Shown here: piece after piece, positions 22,567 through 34,113 of the stretch
Position numbering within the stretch: the first letter of the stretch is position 1
Layout of the letters: every line of letters begins with the position of its first letter
NCBI RefSeq assembly: GCF_964188315.1
Contig: NC_135656.1
Coordinates: 121,954,001-122,018,000 of the forward strand
DNA: 64,000 bases
DNA from: Podarcis muralis
Taxonomy: Eukaryota
Reading direction: 5' to 3'
Made by a program: the position numbers and the translations under genes
The notes under the pieces: generated by a model
Told to the model about the DNA's origin: nothing
What the model saw: only the letters and a program-made list of their open reading frames with translations
Database searches by the model: none

Positions 22567-25500
22567 TCATTATTTATACCCCACCCATCTGGCTTCGTTT
22601 CCCCAGCCACGCTGGGTGGCTGCCAATAAAATATTAAATAACAATAGTCAATCTGTAGATGGATTAAGCAATGAATTGGGAAATATAATTCAAAGCAAAC
22701 AAGTGTGAAGTGATGCAGGTTGAGGCAAAAAATATTACTTTCATAAATATGCTCTGGGAGTTGAAGTGGGAGTGACTCTTCCTACAAAACTAAAAGCCCC
22801 TTTCAATCCAATATCCTCTGCTTTCTTTTTCTTTTTTGGATCATAGTCAAATGTACCTGAATGATTTAACCCACCTTATTAAACCAAAGGGGCCACAAGA
22901 TGGCATCCTGATCAATGGTGACTTTTACGTCTGCGGATCCCTCTCTCTCCATACTCCCAACTTTCCCTACGTGAAGGGAGTCATTGGCAAGCATCACAAT
23001 GTTCCCCAGGTCAAAATCAGCTGTCAGGTCCCCATTCTCATCTAAATATGCTCCACCCATAGAAGCATTGTAGAACTGAAAATCACTCAGGAAACGGTGA
23101 AACTAGAATGACAGAGAAGATCGCAGCATTTAAGAAAGTTGGCTATTTCCACCCAGGTGTTTCACATATTATCAATGCACCTAGTGGCCATGGAGGGTTT
23201 TTCTATTTAATGTTCCTAATATACCGTATTTTTCGCCCCATAGGATGCACTTTTCCCCTCCAAAAATGAAGGGGAAAGGTGTGTGCGTCCTATGGGGTGA
23301 ATGCAAACGTTTGCTGAAGCCTGGAGAGCGAGAGGGGTCGGTGCGCACTGACCCCTCTCGCTCTCCAGGCTTTGTGCAGCTCTCCGCAATGTCATTTCCA
23401 TTTGATAAATCTTTAGTCTTCTCTTTGAAAGGATCACATGATTATTGCTACAGTCCATAGTCCAGCAGATCAAGGTAACTATTGAAGGGCCTATCAATTC
23501 CATATCAATCATTTTTACCTACAGTATTTTATAACCTTATTTATTTCTATTTATTGCTTGGTTAATTTCTGTTAAGGGACGCGGGTGGCGCTGTGGGTAA
23601 AAGCCTCAGCGCCTAGGGCTTTCCGATCGAAAGGTCGGTGGTTCGAATCCCCGCGGCGGGGTGCGCTCCCGCTGCTCGGTCCCAGCGCCTGCCAACCTAA
23701 CAGTTCAAAAGCAGCCCTGGGTGCAAGTAGATAAATAGGGACCGCGTTTCCGTGTGCGGCTCTGGCTCGCCAGAGCAGCGATGTCACGCTGGCCACGTGA
23801 CCCGGAAGTGTCTCCGGACAGTGCTGGCCCCCGGCCTCTAGAGTGAGATGGGCGCACAACCCTAGAGTCTGTCAAGACTGGCCCGTACGGGCAGGGGTAC
23901 CTTGTAAGCGGTCCCTATTTATCTACTTGCACCCGGAGGTGCTTTCGAACTGCTAGGTTGGCAGGCGCTGGGACCGAGCAGCGGGAGCGCACCCCGCCAC
24001 GGGGATTCGAACCGCCGACCTGACGATCGGCAAGTCCTAGGCACTGAGGTTTTACCCACAGCGCCACCCGCGTCCCTTAGGGGTACCTTTACCTTTACCT
24101 AATTTCTGTTAATTAAAGGAAATGGATCTACAAATCTGTCATTGAACAAATCATTATTTAAAATGGAACAATATCCATCTAGATCATTAGAGAAGGAAAA
24201 TGAATACCTGTGATGCTTGGACTTTTTCATCTTCCAACCTGTTCTGACCCATCATCACCACCCTCTTGGATCTAGAGGAGTACGCAGCATTTAAGGCATG
24301 GGCCAGAGCTCGGACTGTGTTGTAAATGCTGTAAGTGTCCTGAAACAGGCTCCTTTCAAGGACATCTTGAGGGAACCCTGAAAGGTTCTCCTTCACTCTG
24401 CATTGCTTCTGGGCTTTCACAGAAAACAAATGCTTTGAATATAAGCAATTATAGCATTGAAACCAAAATTTATCGAAATCACTAATGGTGTCATAAACTG
24501 GCAGATTACCATCGTGTTTTGATCTTTTTTTGCTCTGGATAAAGAAAGATAAATATCCATGAATGTGCTTGTTCTTAAGGATTTTGGGAGACATGTTGGA
24601 GCTGACATATGAGAGAGCTATGGTGATCCAAACTTTCCCAGTAATGGGTTCCAGGGTTCCGCCCACTATGTGAAGTAAAACTGCAGCTTCAATGGTGGAC
24701 TGAGATTCCCCATAGGAAAGAAACACGTTGATTCGCCTGTCCATGGAAAGTGAAATCTTCTGCCAGAGCTTTCCGTTCCATTTTGCTATAAACAGATTGT
24801 CTCGTGAAAAGGTTTGTGAGAAGGCAACGCAGACACCATCCTTAGCAAGCACAGATGCCAGGGTGCTCAGAAACCTTTCTCCATTGTCAGAGTCAGGAGC
24901 TATGAGCCCGATCCAAGTCCACCTGAAATGCAGGAGTAGCCTGACAATCCCTGAGCCTGGGGGTTCTTCATTTGGGGTCATTCGGTAGAGCAAAGGAGAT
25001 TGCGTTTTGTCAAGGGCATGATGGACAGGAGCATAACTGACCTAGGAAGAAAAGGAAGATATAGAGGGTTTCTTTGGTCAACTGGAAATTGTGGTCATAT
25101 TATGCTGTGCTTCTCTGTAAAGGAGATGTAGGACACTTTGGGCAACAATACGCTCTGGTCAGTGACTGAAATAAATCAATTCATTCATTATAGGCAACAA
25201 TTTAATATGTCTTCAACATCGTTCTCTCCCTGAATGTTGTTACCACACCCAATGGTACAGACTATGTAGAGTAAAGATATGTTGTATTTTCTACTGTTAT
25301 TATTTTGTTTGGGGGAGGGTTCAATTTTTAATCACCTGCGTGTTAGTTTCACATGAGTTTCGTTCCTTAGATTTGTTTTTCTGCCAAATATTTATTTATT
25401 CTCCATCACAGCAGGTTACCAAAATAGGCTTGTGTGAAGCCATCCCTGAGGTGTCTTCTGGAGGCTGCATTTCTGTCCCACCAAAGTAGGATTCATGCCC

Positions 25501-27276
25501 CATGTAAACTGCTATTTTCCTATAAAAAGAGGTGCCGGAACTCACCATGAACACCTCCTTTGTCTACTTATAAAGTGCCAGATGGAGAGAGGAGAAAGCC
25601 CCTTCTCCCTTTGTAAGTCTAAAGCAGCTCACAGTACTGAACTTCTTATTGCCGCTTCTGAGAGTCATCTGTCCTTGCAAAAGGCTTAATCCCACTTTAG
25701 ACTACTCTGATGGTGACTTTCTTTGTGAAACCCTTCTTCACCCAGCAGGACAAATCCTTCAACATAAGGAGAACCTCCTGGATCAGGCCAATGGCCCATC
25801 TAGTCCAACATCCTGTTCTCACAGTGGCCAACCAGCTGCTTGTAGGAAACCAGCAAGCACAGCATGAGCACAAATGCACTCTGCCCTCATCTGATTCCCA
25901 GCAACTCAGCACCCAGAAGCATTGGTGCCTCCAAGTAGGAAGGTAGATCACAGTCATCATGCCTAGCAGCCATTAATAGCCCTTGCCTTCAGGAATTGGT
26001 TTAATCCTCTCTTAAAACCTTCACTGCCTCCTCTGGGAGTGAGTTTCCTCGTTTGCTTCCTATTCAGAGAGGTTGCTGTTTTCTCCATGTTTCCCATGCT
26101 AGTGTATTCATACCTGGTGTATTTTGTAGGTTCCCAGCATATTTGAAATCTGGAGTGAGGTGTCAGAGTTGACCCCTTCAATGAAAACCAAGGGCTTCTT
26201 CTCTCTTCCACAGTGGTAGTTTGGGACATTGGCCCTCCCAGGAGACAGAAGATCTAGGGTGGCATCATAGGTCATCCTTGCATCTAAATAATTCTCATAG
26301 ATGTCATAGCCCAGGGTGATGTTGGTTAAGATCCTGGGGTCCTGGTTAATCTCATGGATGGCGATCATGAAGGACAGGAGATTCCAGTATGCTACCATAC
26401 CTACTACCCTGCAACAAAGCATGAAGCCTAATGTCAGTCTCCGTTCAGTGAAAAGTGTCAAGTCCCTGCTTTCTTAATCCTGTAAGAAATTTCAGCCACT
26501 AGAATGAAGCAAAATAGACCGACCTCATCACATAATCAGTCATCTGTGAGTTTGTTGGAAGGTGAACGGCTGCTTGCCAGTTAAAGGGAGATAGAAGCAG
26601 GGCAGGTGTACTGTACTGGCTGCCAGTTGATTTCTAGACCCAATTCTACGTGATTACATGTTAACGTAATAAATAGATTGCTACAAGTTAATAGCTATAG
26701 TCCTGATCCTTTCAGGGGAGTGGAGATCATGCCATTTTCACATCTCCGGTGTCAAGAATTTGGGACACAGATAATCTCTGACTTTTCATGATTCACCTTC
26801 AAGTTGTTTTTTTCCAGTGGAAAAAGAAAGGAGGGAAACAATGCACATGCATTTTGTGTCTTCAGTGGGCAAGTTCTAGAAAGCAGGACTTGTCCCTGGC
26901 AGATAAGCATTAGAGGCCTGGGCAGTCACAGGTGAGCATCATAGTATTAAACAAGGTGCTACACATATGCCTACCCATTAATCACAATTTTTGTCTGCTA
27001 TGCAGAAATTGCACGGGGAAAGTACAGCTTACACATCAAAGGAAATGTAGGGGCTGTGAGGAAATTGTATTCAGAATGAACTATTTGTTCTGTAGATATG
27101 ACCCCGCTTATCACGTGGCCTCCTGGCTCGTAATAATTCGTTGCACCTGGATTATCCCTTTCCAAGTTCAATGGGCATTTTCCTTTCCATATTCCAGAGG
27201 TTGCACAGGGAAGCAGCAGCAGCAGCAGCAGCAGCAACATCAATAAGAGCATCCCTCTGGGTCTGCCTCCTGCCAT
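17310..27276 (-). CDS. Vmn2r: V2R gene C, 6 exons; intact if exon 1 uses the donor after 27035
   Basis: Exons: 27035(or 27033)..27276, 26114..26408, 24208..25041, 22875..23102, 18434..18560, 17310..18220; exons 2-6 are open and in phase. The aligned donor GTAAGC gives phase 1; only the weaker AT|GTGTAA gives the required phase 2. Confidence 0.75.
19579..20380. repeat. Tandem array of six 128-bp GC-rich double-hairpin units, capped by a fold-back
   Basis: Unit starts at 19579, 19707, 19835, 19963, 20091 and 20219 (period also visible in the ORF track); near-identical units; terminal inverted repeat 20344..20380. Confidence 0.95.
20447..21398. repeat. Tandem array of eight 119-bp GC-rich double-hairpin units
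   Basis: Units start at 20447 + n*119 up to 21280; repeated ORFs at 20525, 20644, 20763, 20882, 21001, 21120 and 21239 share the period. Confidence 0.95.
23224..23387. mobile_element. Left-end fragment of the Tc2-like MITE in intron 3 of gene C
   Basis: TA at 23222-23, then ccgtatttttcgccccataggatgcac and the subterminal palindrome; joins directly to distal intron sequence (aatgtcatttcc). Confidence 0.8.
23575..24099 (+). mobile_element. Composite fold-back Sauria SINE (sense copy + inverted 5' half + 3' tail)
   Basis: 12-bp direct repeat taatttctgtta at 23563..23574 and 24100..24111. Sense copy 23576..~23902, antisense 5' half ~23903..24076, tail aggggtacctttacctttacc. Confidence 0.8.
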
Positions 27277-28308
27277 TTTGTCTGTCCTCACTGCTCTCAA
27301 CGTAGCAAGAAGCGAATTACATGAAGCCCAAAATCTCCAGCAAAACTGAGACCCCAGTGACATTGCGAGGAAAGGGATGAAATGACACTTTCACACTGGC
27401 AGAATCCCTGCCTGCCTGGAATATAAGTCAAAGCCCTCGATGGCACATGAGGTCTTTAAATATGCAGCAGGCATTTCAAGCTCTCATTTCTGGAATATCT
27501 GTTCTTTGTGTCAAAAGTGGGTATATTGCTTGAATTTTGCCAAGAAGAAAAGAAATCAATCACTATGTTTATGATAATTATTGCAGGGAATAATTATCTC
27601 TGGAATCACTGTGGAGCTTGAGGAGCAGCTGCAGAGCTGGAAGAAAACATCACAATCTGTTTTTTCCTGCTCTAGAGGGTAGGACTTGAACCAATGGCTT
27701 CAAGTTAAGGGAAAGGAGACTCCAAGTAAAAATCCGGCAAAACTTTCTGAAAGTAAGAGCTGTTTGAGAGTGGAATGGTCCTCCTTGGGAGGTTGTGGAC
27801 TTTCCTTCCTTGGACATTCTTAAGCAGAGTTTGGATGGCCATCTGTCTTGGGTGCGTTAGTTGAGATTCCTGCATTGCTGGGGGTTGGACTAGATGACCC
27901 TTGGAGTCCCTTCCAACTCGATGATTCTATGTTCACAAGATCTCACTGATGTGGCGACATGTTGTGAAAAAGGTCATGGGGAAAGGTGATCCTAGAATGA
28001 CCTTTATACATCACCAGATAAGCCAGGATCAAGCTATTTTTTCAGGACATTTTTGGGCCTATGTGCCCATTTGAAAACCCAAGAGGCAGTCCCATCGCTC
28101 ACACTCCACAACCTATTCTACTAGCTACAACATAATGCTTCTTTCACAAATAATGTCAAGGATGCAAGAAGGGATCCCTGTTGGCATCAGGGATGTGGTT
28201 TGGGGGCACATGGGCCTATGAACTGCTTTGACGGGATGATAATGAACTCTTATGGTTTTCTGGTAGCTAACATGTGAGTGTTTAACCTTAGATTCAGTGA
28301 CAAAGGTA

Positions 28309-28646
28309 GGTAAAGGTAAAGGGACCGCTGACTATTAGGTCCAGTCGTGACCAACTCTGGGGTTGCGGCGCTTTATTGGCCGAGGGAGGTGGCGTACATG
28401 TGGCCAGCATGACTAAGCCGCTTCTGGCGAACCAGAGCAGCGCACGAAAATGCCGTTTACCTTCCCGCTGGAGCGGTACCTATTTATCTACTTGCACATT
28501 GACGTGCTTTCGAACTCCTAGGTTGGCAGGAGCTGGGACCAAGCAACAGGAGCTCACCCCGTTGCGGGGATTCGAACCGCCGACCTTCTGATCAGCAAGT
28601 CCTAGGCTCTGTGGTTTAACCCGCAGCGCCACCCACATCCCTTACA
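28309..28646 (-). mobile_element. Sauria SINE
   Basis: (ACCTTT)n tail at the left end, tRNA-like head at the right. 13-bp direct repeat agtgacaaaggta at 28296..28308 and 28647..28659; single copy at ~15660. Confidence 0.8.
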
Positions 28647-30048
28647 AGTGACAAAGGTATTGAATTGCAAATCGCCATTTTGAAAGAGTCTCTTTTCCCA
28701 GGTTCTGTGAGAGTATGGATGTAAATTAAGTTCTCCAGGTGAACAACCTCAAGCAAAAATGGAGGCTGTAAGGAAAGGATATATTTTCTTATAGGTCTGT
28801 TTGGAATTTTCTTTCATTTCTAGGAAGATTAAATTATGCTGGACTTGCACAATATACTGCATGGAATTATTGGGATGTATCTTTGATGTTTTTATTCTGT
28901 TTTGAAGAAAGTTCTGCAAGTAGAGTTTTGAACAATGGGTCCAGACAATGCCTTATTTCAAAAGGAGTTGGTTTTTTATGCAACCAGACTTTATGCAGCT
29001 AGCCCCCACCCACCTGGCTATGCCCATGATAGGGGGATTAGTTCAGCAGAGTGGTAGCTTTGCTGTCTAGCAGAATATCAGAGTTTTCCTGCTTTCTATT
29101 GGTCAGCCTTTTCCAGAGTTTTTTTGCTTAAGAAAACTCATTTGCCACTTGGTTCAGTTCAAAGTGTAGAGTGTTTATTGTCTCGTGGAAAGCATAAATA
29201 CACTATATGTAAAAACTTTAAGAGAAGCTGGTACATCATGAACTCATCTACTACAATACAGTTCTTCTGGTCATAGAAGTAAACTTTGTAAAGATAAAAG
29301 TATACAGAGAGTGGCAGGGGCAACCCAGTCAGATGGGTGGGATATAAATAATAAAATTATTATTATTATTATTATCCACTAGCACTTTCCCATGCTAGTT
29401 CACTGGGTTTTAAGCACTAATGTGAGCAGTGAATTCTGCGCTTCCAGTGACAAGGTTGTTGGACTCCAAAGCTGTGGACCTCATCCACCCAGAGGAGTGT
29501 AGCCCCTTTTAGCTCAGGCCATCTTCCCACTCAAGAACATGGAAGATAGAACATCTCTAAGTTTTCAGAATTTGTCTTCAATTTCCTAATACCTTTAGAA
29601 GCAGGTTATTTTGCGGATCTACAAAAACAAAAAAGGGTTAGAAGCAATACATTGGGAGTTTAAGGTTTAAAATGCTGAATTGCAAAACCTCCTGTGGAAC
29701 TTCCCTATATATCAGGGAAGGGAATTGCTATGTTTTGCTCAGAGGCAGAAACAGGGAGATGAATATTTACAACAAGTGGTCACAAAAACAAAGTGAATTA
29801 AGTTGAAATATATACACCTTTCCACTGGATATTCCAGTGGTGCAACCTTGAGCATACTTACACACAGCCAAATCCACTTACTTCTGCACAAAAGGAAGAA
29901 AATGTCAGACCCTGAGCGCAGCATATATGTTACATATACAAATTTAGTTGTGGGGAAAAAGATCATGCAACAGTGGTCAGGGTGACATAGATATAAAGAT
30001 CACCCGGGCATATTAAGATGTTTTTTTTAAAAATCAAGTTCTGAAAAG

Positions 30049-30531
30049 TTCTTGAAGGAGGTGGAAACGGCTTCACATGTGTTGTTACACTGCGACCTTT
30101 ACGGGGATATCAGGTCACTGTTTATCTCCCCTATCGTTCAGAAATTTCCAGGTCGATCTGAATCTCAGCGGCTGAAAATCCTACTAGGAGATAAAAACCC
30201 AGAAGTAACACTGAAAGTGGCCAAGTTTTCTGCGGCCGCGATCAAGCGGAGGGCATTAGTTGTAAAAAAGTAAAAGATCTGACCCCTGGACAAGCCCCCC
30301 CTTTTTTTTAAGTCTATACATATACTGTAGTGCATATATGAGTATATATGTGTGTGTGTGTGGGTGTGGGTGCATATGTGTATTGTTTTTATGTATAATT
30401 TTACAACTTTTAATTGACACCATCATTCCCTCGTAAACTACTGTTGCCTTTTATGTTTGTTTTTTTTGTTGTTGTTGTTTTTTCTTCTGGTCTATGACCG
30501 TAATAAATTTATTCATTCATTCATTCATTCA
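30049..30531 (+). mobile_element. 3' fragment of a non-LTR retrotransposon (RTE-X-like, family uncertain)
   Basis: ORF 30052..30273 ETASHVLLHCDLYGDIR resembles a LINE ORF2 C-terminal zinc-knuckle remnant. 3' end ggtctatgaccgtaataaa + (ATTC)n. Flanked by a 118-bp direct repeat; empty site at 16981-17098. Confidence 0.6.
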
Positions 30532-30861
30532 TACATATACAAATTTATTTGTGGGGGAAAAGATCATGCAACAGTGGTCAGGGTGACATAGATATAAAGA
30601 TCACCCGGGCATATTAAGATGTTTTTTTAAAAAATCAAGTTCTGAAAAGGGGTTCCTATTTAGTGAGACATTAAATCAAAAGGGCCTCTGATAGTCCTGG
30701 GATGACTGCGCATTCACTTTGGAAATGACATGTTAGGTTTTGGATAGATTAAAAAATAGTTACAAGAGCAGCTCATAATAAACACCTGAAAGGGAAATAG
30801 CTGCTTTTCATAAGTATTGTGCTGCACGCAGATTCCCTTGGTGGGAAGAGCGCATTAAGAA

Positions 30862-33800
30862 TCAAATTCCATCTTTTGTTTTTGTTGTCAGGTGCTCCTT
30901 TGTGTTCAGATCAGGCCTCAGTACAATAATGTAGCACTTGGGGAGGAAGATGCAGCCCAGAAGCCCAGCACTGGAGGCCAACATAGAGAAGACCTGCACG
31001 GCTACCATGTATTTCCCCTTGGTGCTCAGGTAGGTGGGAACAAAGGACACCCAAACACTGCAGAAGACCAGCATGCTGAAGGTGATCAGCTTGGCTTCAT
31101 TGAAGGCTCCAGGCAGTTTCCTGGCTAGGAAAGCCACCGTGAAGCAGATGGCAGCCAGGAAGCCCATGTAGCCAAGGGCACCATAAAACATGGCAACAGA
31201 CCCTTCATTGCATTGCAGGATAATCTCTGCAGGTTGGGAGTGCATGTCAGAGTCTGGGAATGGAGGAGAGGTACTCAGCCAGGTGGTGCAGATGAGAACT
31301 TGGACACTGGAACAGGAAAGGACAACAGCATTGGCCAGAGTCTTCCCCAGCCATTTCTTCACCCTGTTCCCTGGCTTTGTGGCCAGGAAAGCCAGCACAA
31401 CGGTAATGGTTTTGGCCAACAAAGAAGAGACAGCAACTGAGAAGATGAGGACAAATGCAATTTGTTGGAGAAGACAGGTGGCTTTTCTTGGCTGGCCAAT
31501 GAAGAGCAAGGAGGACAAAAAGGAGAGCAAGATGGATACAAGGAGGATGTAGGAAAGGTCCCTGTTGTTGGCTTTGACTATGGGAGTTTCTGAGTATTTA
31601 ATGAAAATTCCTAACACCAAGCATGTGATTAAGGCGCATAACAAGGTAAAGGAAGACAAGAGAATCCCCAAATAGTCTTCATAGGACAGGAATGTGATAA
31701 TCTTGGGAACACATTGATCTCGGTCCTTGTTTGAGTGCTGATCTTCCGGACATTTGGTGCAGTGGTCTGCATCTGAAAGGAAGATGAGTGACTTCAGTAC
31801 CCAGGGTCTCAACCAAGGGACATTCCCAGCCCCAGCGGGAGATACTATGACTTGAATCGGCAATCTGTTGCATGCAAAGCAGATATCCCAACCTTGGGTA
31901 AAGGTTTTATTGGGGCTGGGGAGAAATAAAATGATACTGTTTTGGGCAAGATTACAAAAGTTGCCCTATTCCTTCTCTCACTTGCCTTCCACAGTGGAGA
32001 TGGTCCCTTTTACACAGGGAGCACAATCAAAGCAGCAAAGTGGCTCTCCTTCCCGGATGACCTTGACATCCCCAATATGACAGCTCTCAGCACATCTGGA
32101 TTGAGGGACAGTCTGCCCATAAAGAAAGATGGTCAGGAGTTACTGGTATTGTGGGATGTAAAAGTGCAGTCAAGTGCAACATTCCGACAGAGGACTAACG
32201 GCCTCCAGTTTCTAACCGGTTGCTGTGACAACCAGTTTGTCGGTTGCTGGTAGTTTTGCAAATAATTTTTATTAAGTTTCCATTTACCAAACCAATCATA
32301 TCCTATCATATTAATTATTCCAAATTATATCAATACATATCACAAAGTCCAGATATTAAACCAAATTTAAAATTTTTGTGAGGGGTACCCATGCTTTGAG
32401 TTCGGTAGGAGTCCAATCATCTTTGTATTTCTGCTACTTTGGTGTTCACATTCCTATCTTCTCATCTCCTTGTCATTATCCTTTTTCTTCTTAATAACCT
32501 CCGAGTTGTCTCCACAAGTGAGTTGAAAGAAACAGCCTTGTTTATATTCCTGTGTGAACTTTGTAATGCTCTCCCGTAATTCATCTCACATAGATCCAAG
32601 ATTCCAAGAGTCCTGTTCAAGCGGCAGTCGCCATTTTAGCCAGTTCCGATGAAATACAGTCTCGGCGTCTGCTCTTTAATTTTCACAGACCCTTTGCACC
32701 TTATATCAGTCTTTCCAGAAGGGTTATTGCCCTTTCAGATTTACGATCCAAATCTAAGAGCAGAACAGTGGCTCACCCCCCCTAAAACTGAAAGTCTTGC
32801 AACTGGGTCTGCCTCTTAATGGTGGATCGCTTTTATAACTATGCAACAAGAAAGCCTCCCTTCTTTCCAGATCTTTCACAGAGTAACACCTTTTATTAAC
32901 ATTTTTTTGTTTCCACACAGTTTGTTTTTCAATCTCACTTGCTATCAGACATTGTGACAATTCTTCAAGGGGGGGGGGGTTGTTAGGTAAATCATATTGA
33001 AAAAGAAGAAAGTTTCCCCCCTCCTTTCCGCTCCGTTCAACATACTGTCATGGCTGTGGTTCCTTGATGTAATCCTTTGTTCATTCCGTCCCATCGCTCA
33101 ATCTTCTCAGTGGTAGATTTACTTAGCAGATAATACACTCCTGACCTTGCTCGAAGCATGTGCATTTACTTCTCCAATTTTTCTCTCTCTTAAACAACGC
33201 AACTAGTTTCGCTCCTGAAAGTAGCGTCCGGGAGTTCCAGAGCTCGCACAAGGGCTTTCCATGCAGTGTCCCCACCCCCTCCATCTTTCGAACTCGAGGG
33301 TGATTTATGGAGAACCGCGGGCGAGTACAGCATCTTCCCACCCCCTGGGAAGATGAGGGAGACTGATATACTCCCCATAATCAGCCTCTAATTACCTCGT
33401 GCGAGCCGGATAGATGGTATTGTCGGCCATCTTCCAAGGCGCCCCTAGCGCCCCCTCCCCCCGGTTGCTGGTAGTTTTCAAAGATAACTGCTGAGTTGCA
33501 GTCACCTTAGGACCAACTTCCCTCTGGTATAGTTCATTTGCTTGTTATGTAACCTAAACCTGCCTTCAGGTACGCTTCTGTAAACCTGAATGAATCTGAG
33601 AGTAAAATAGTTTTATATTACATGAATCAGATTTGTGTGTGTATTCCTATAGAGGGATTCTAAGGGATTTTTAACTCTCCTAAAGAAAACCTTCCCACAG
33701 GTATGTCTATCTATGCAATAATACTGGAGCCAATACTCCGAGCTCCTGCCACCTAACAGTTTGAAAGCATACTAGTTCAAGTAGATAAATAGATACTGCT

Positions 33801-34068
33801 GCTGTGGGAAGGTAAACGGCATTTCCGTACGCTCTGGTGTCCTGTTGCGCCAGAAGCGGTTTAGTCAGTCTGGCCAAATGAGCCAGAAAATCTGTCTACA
33901 GACAAATGCCAGCTCCCTTGGCCTGAAAGCAGAGATGAGTGCCACATCCCATAGTTGGATTTGACTGGATTGCACTGGATTGAACTTTACATTTACTAAA
34001 TCGTTCAGGGAATTTTAAACAAAAACAGATTGTGAAGACTTCCAACAGAACCTCTCCAAACTTCAGTG

Positions 34069-34113
<45 letters not shown>

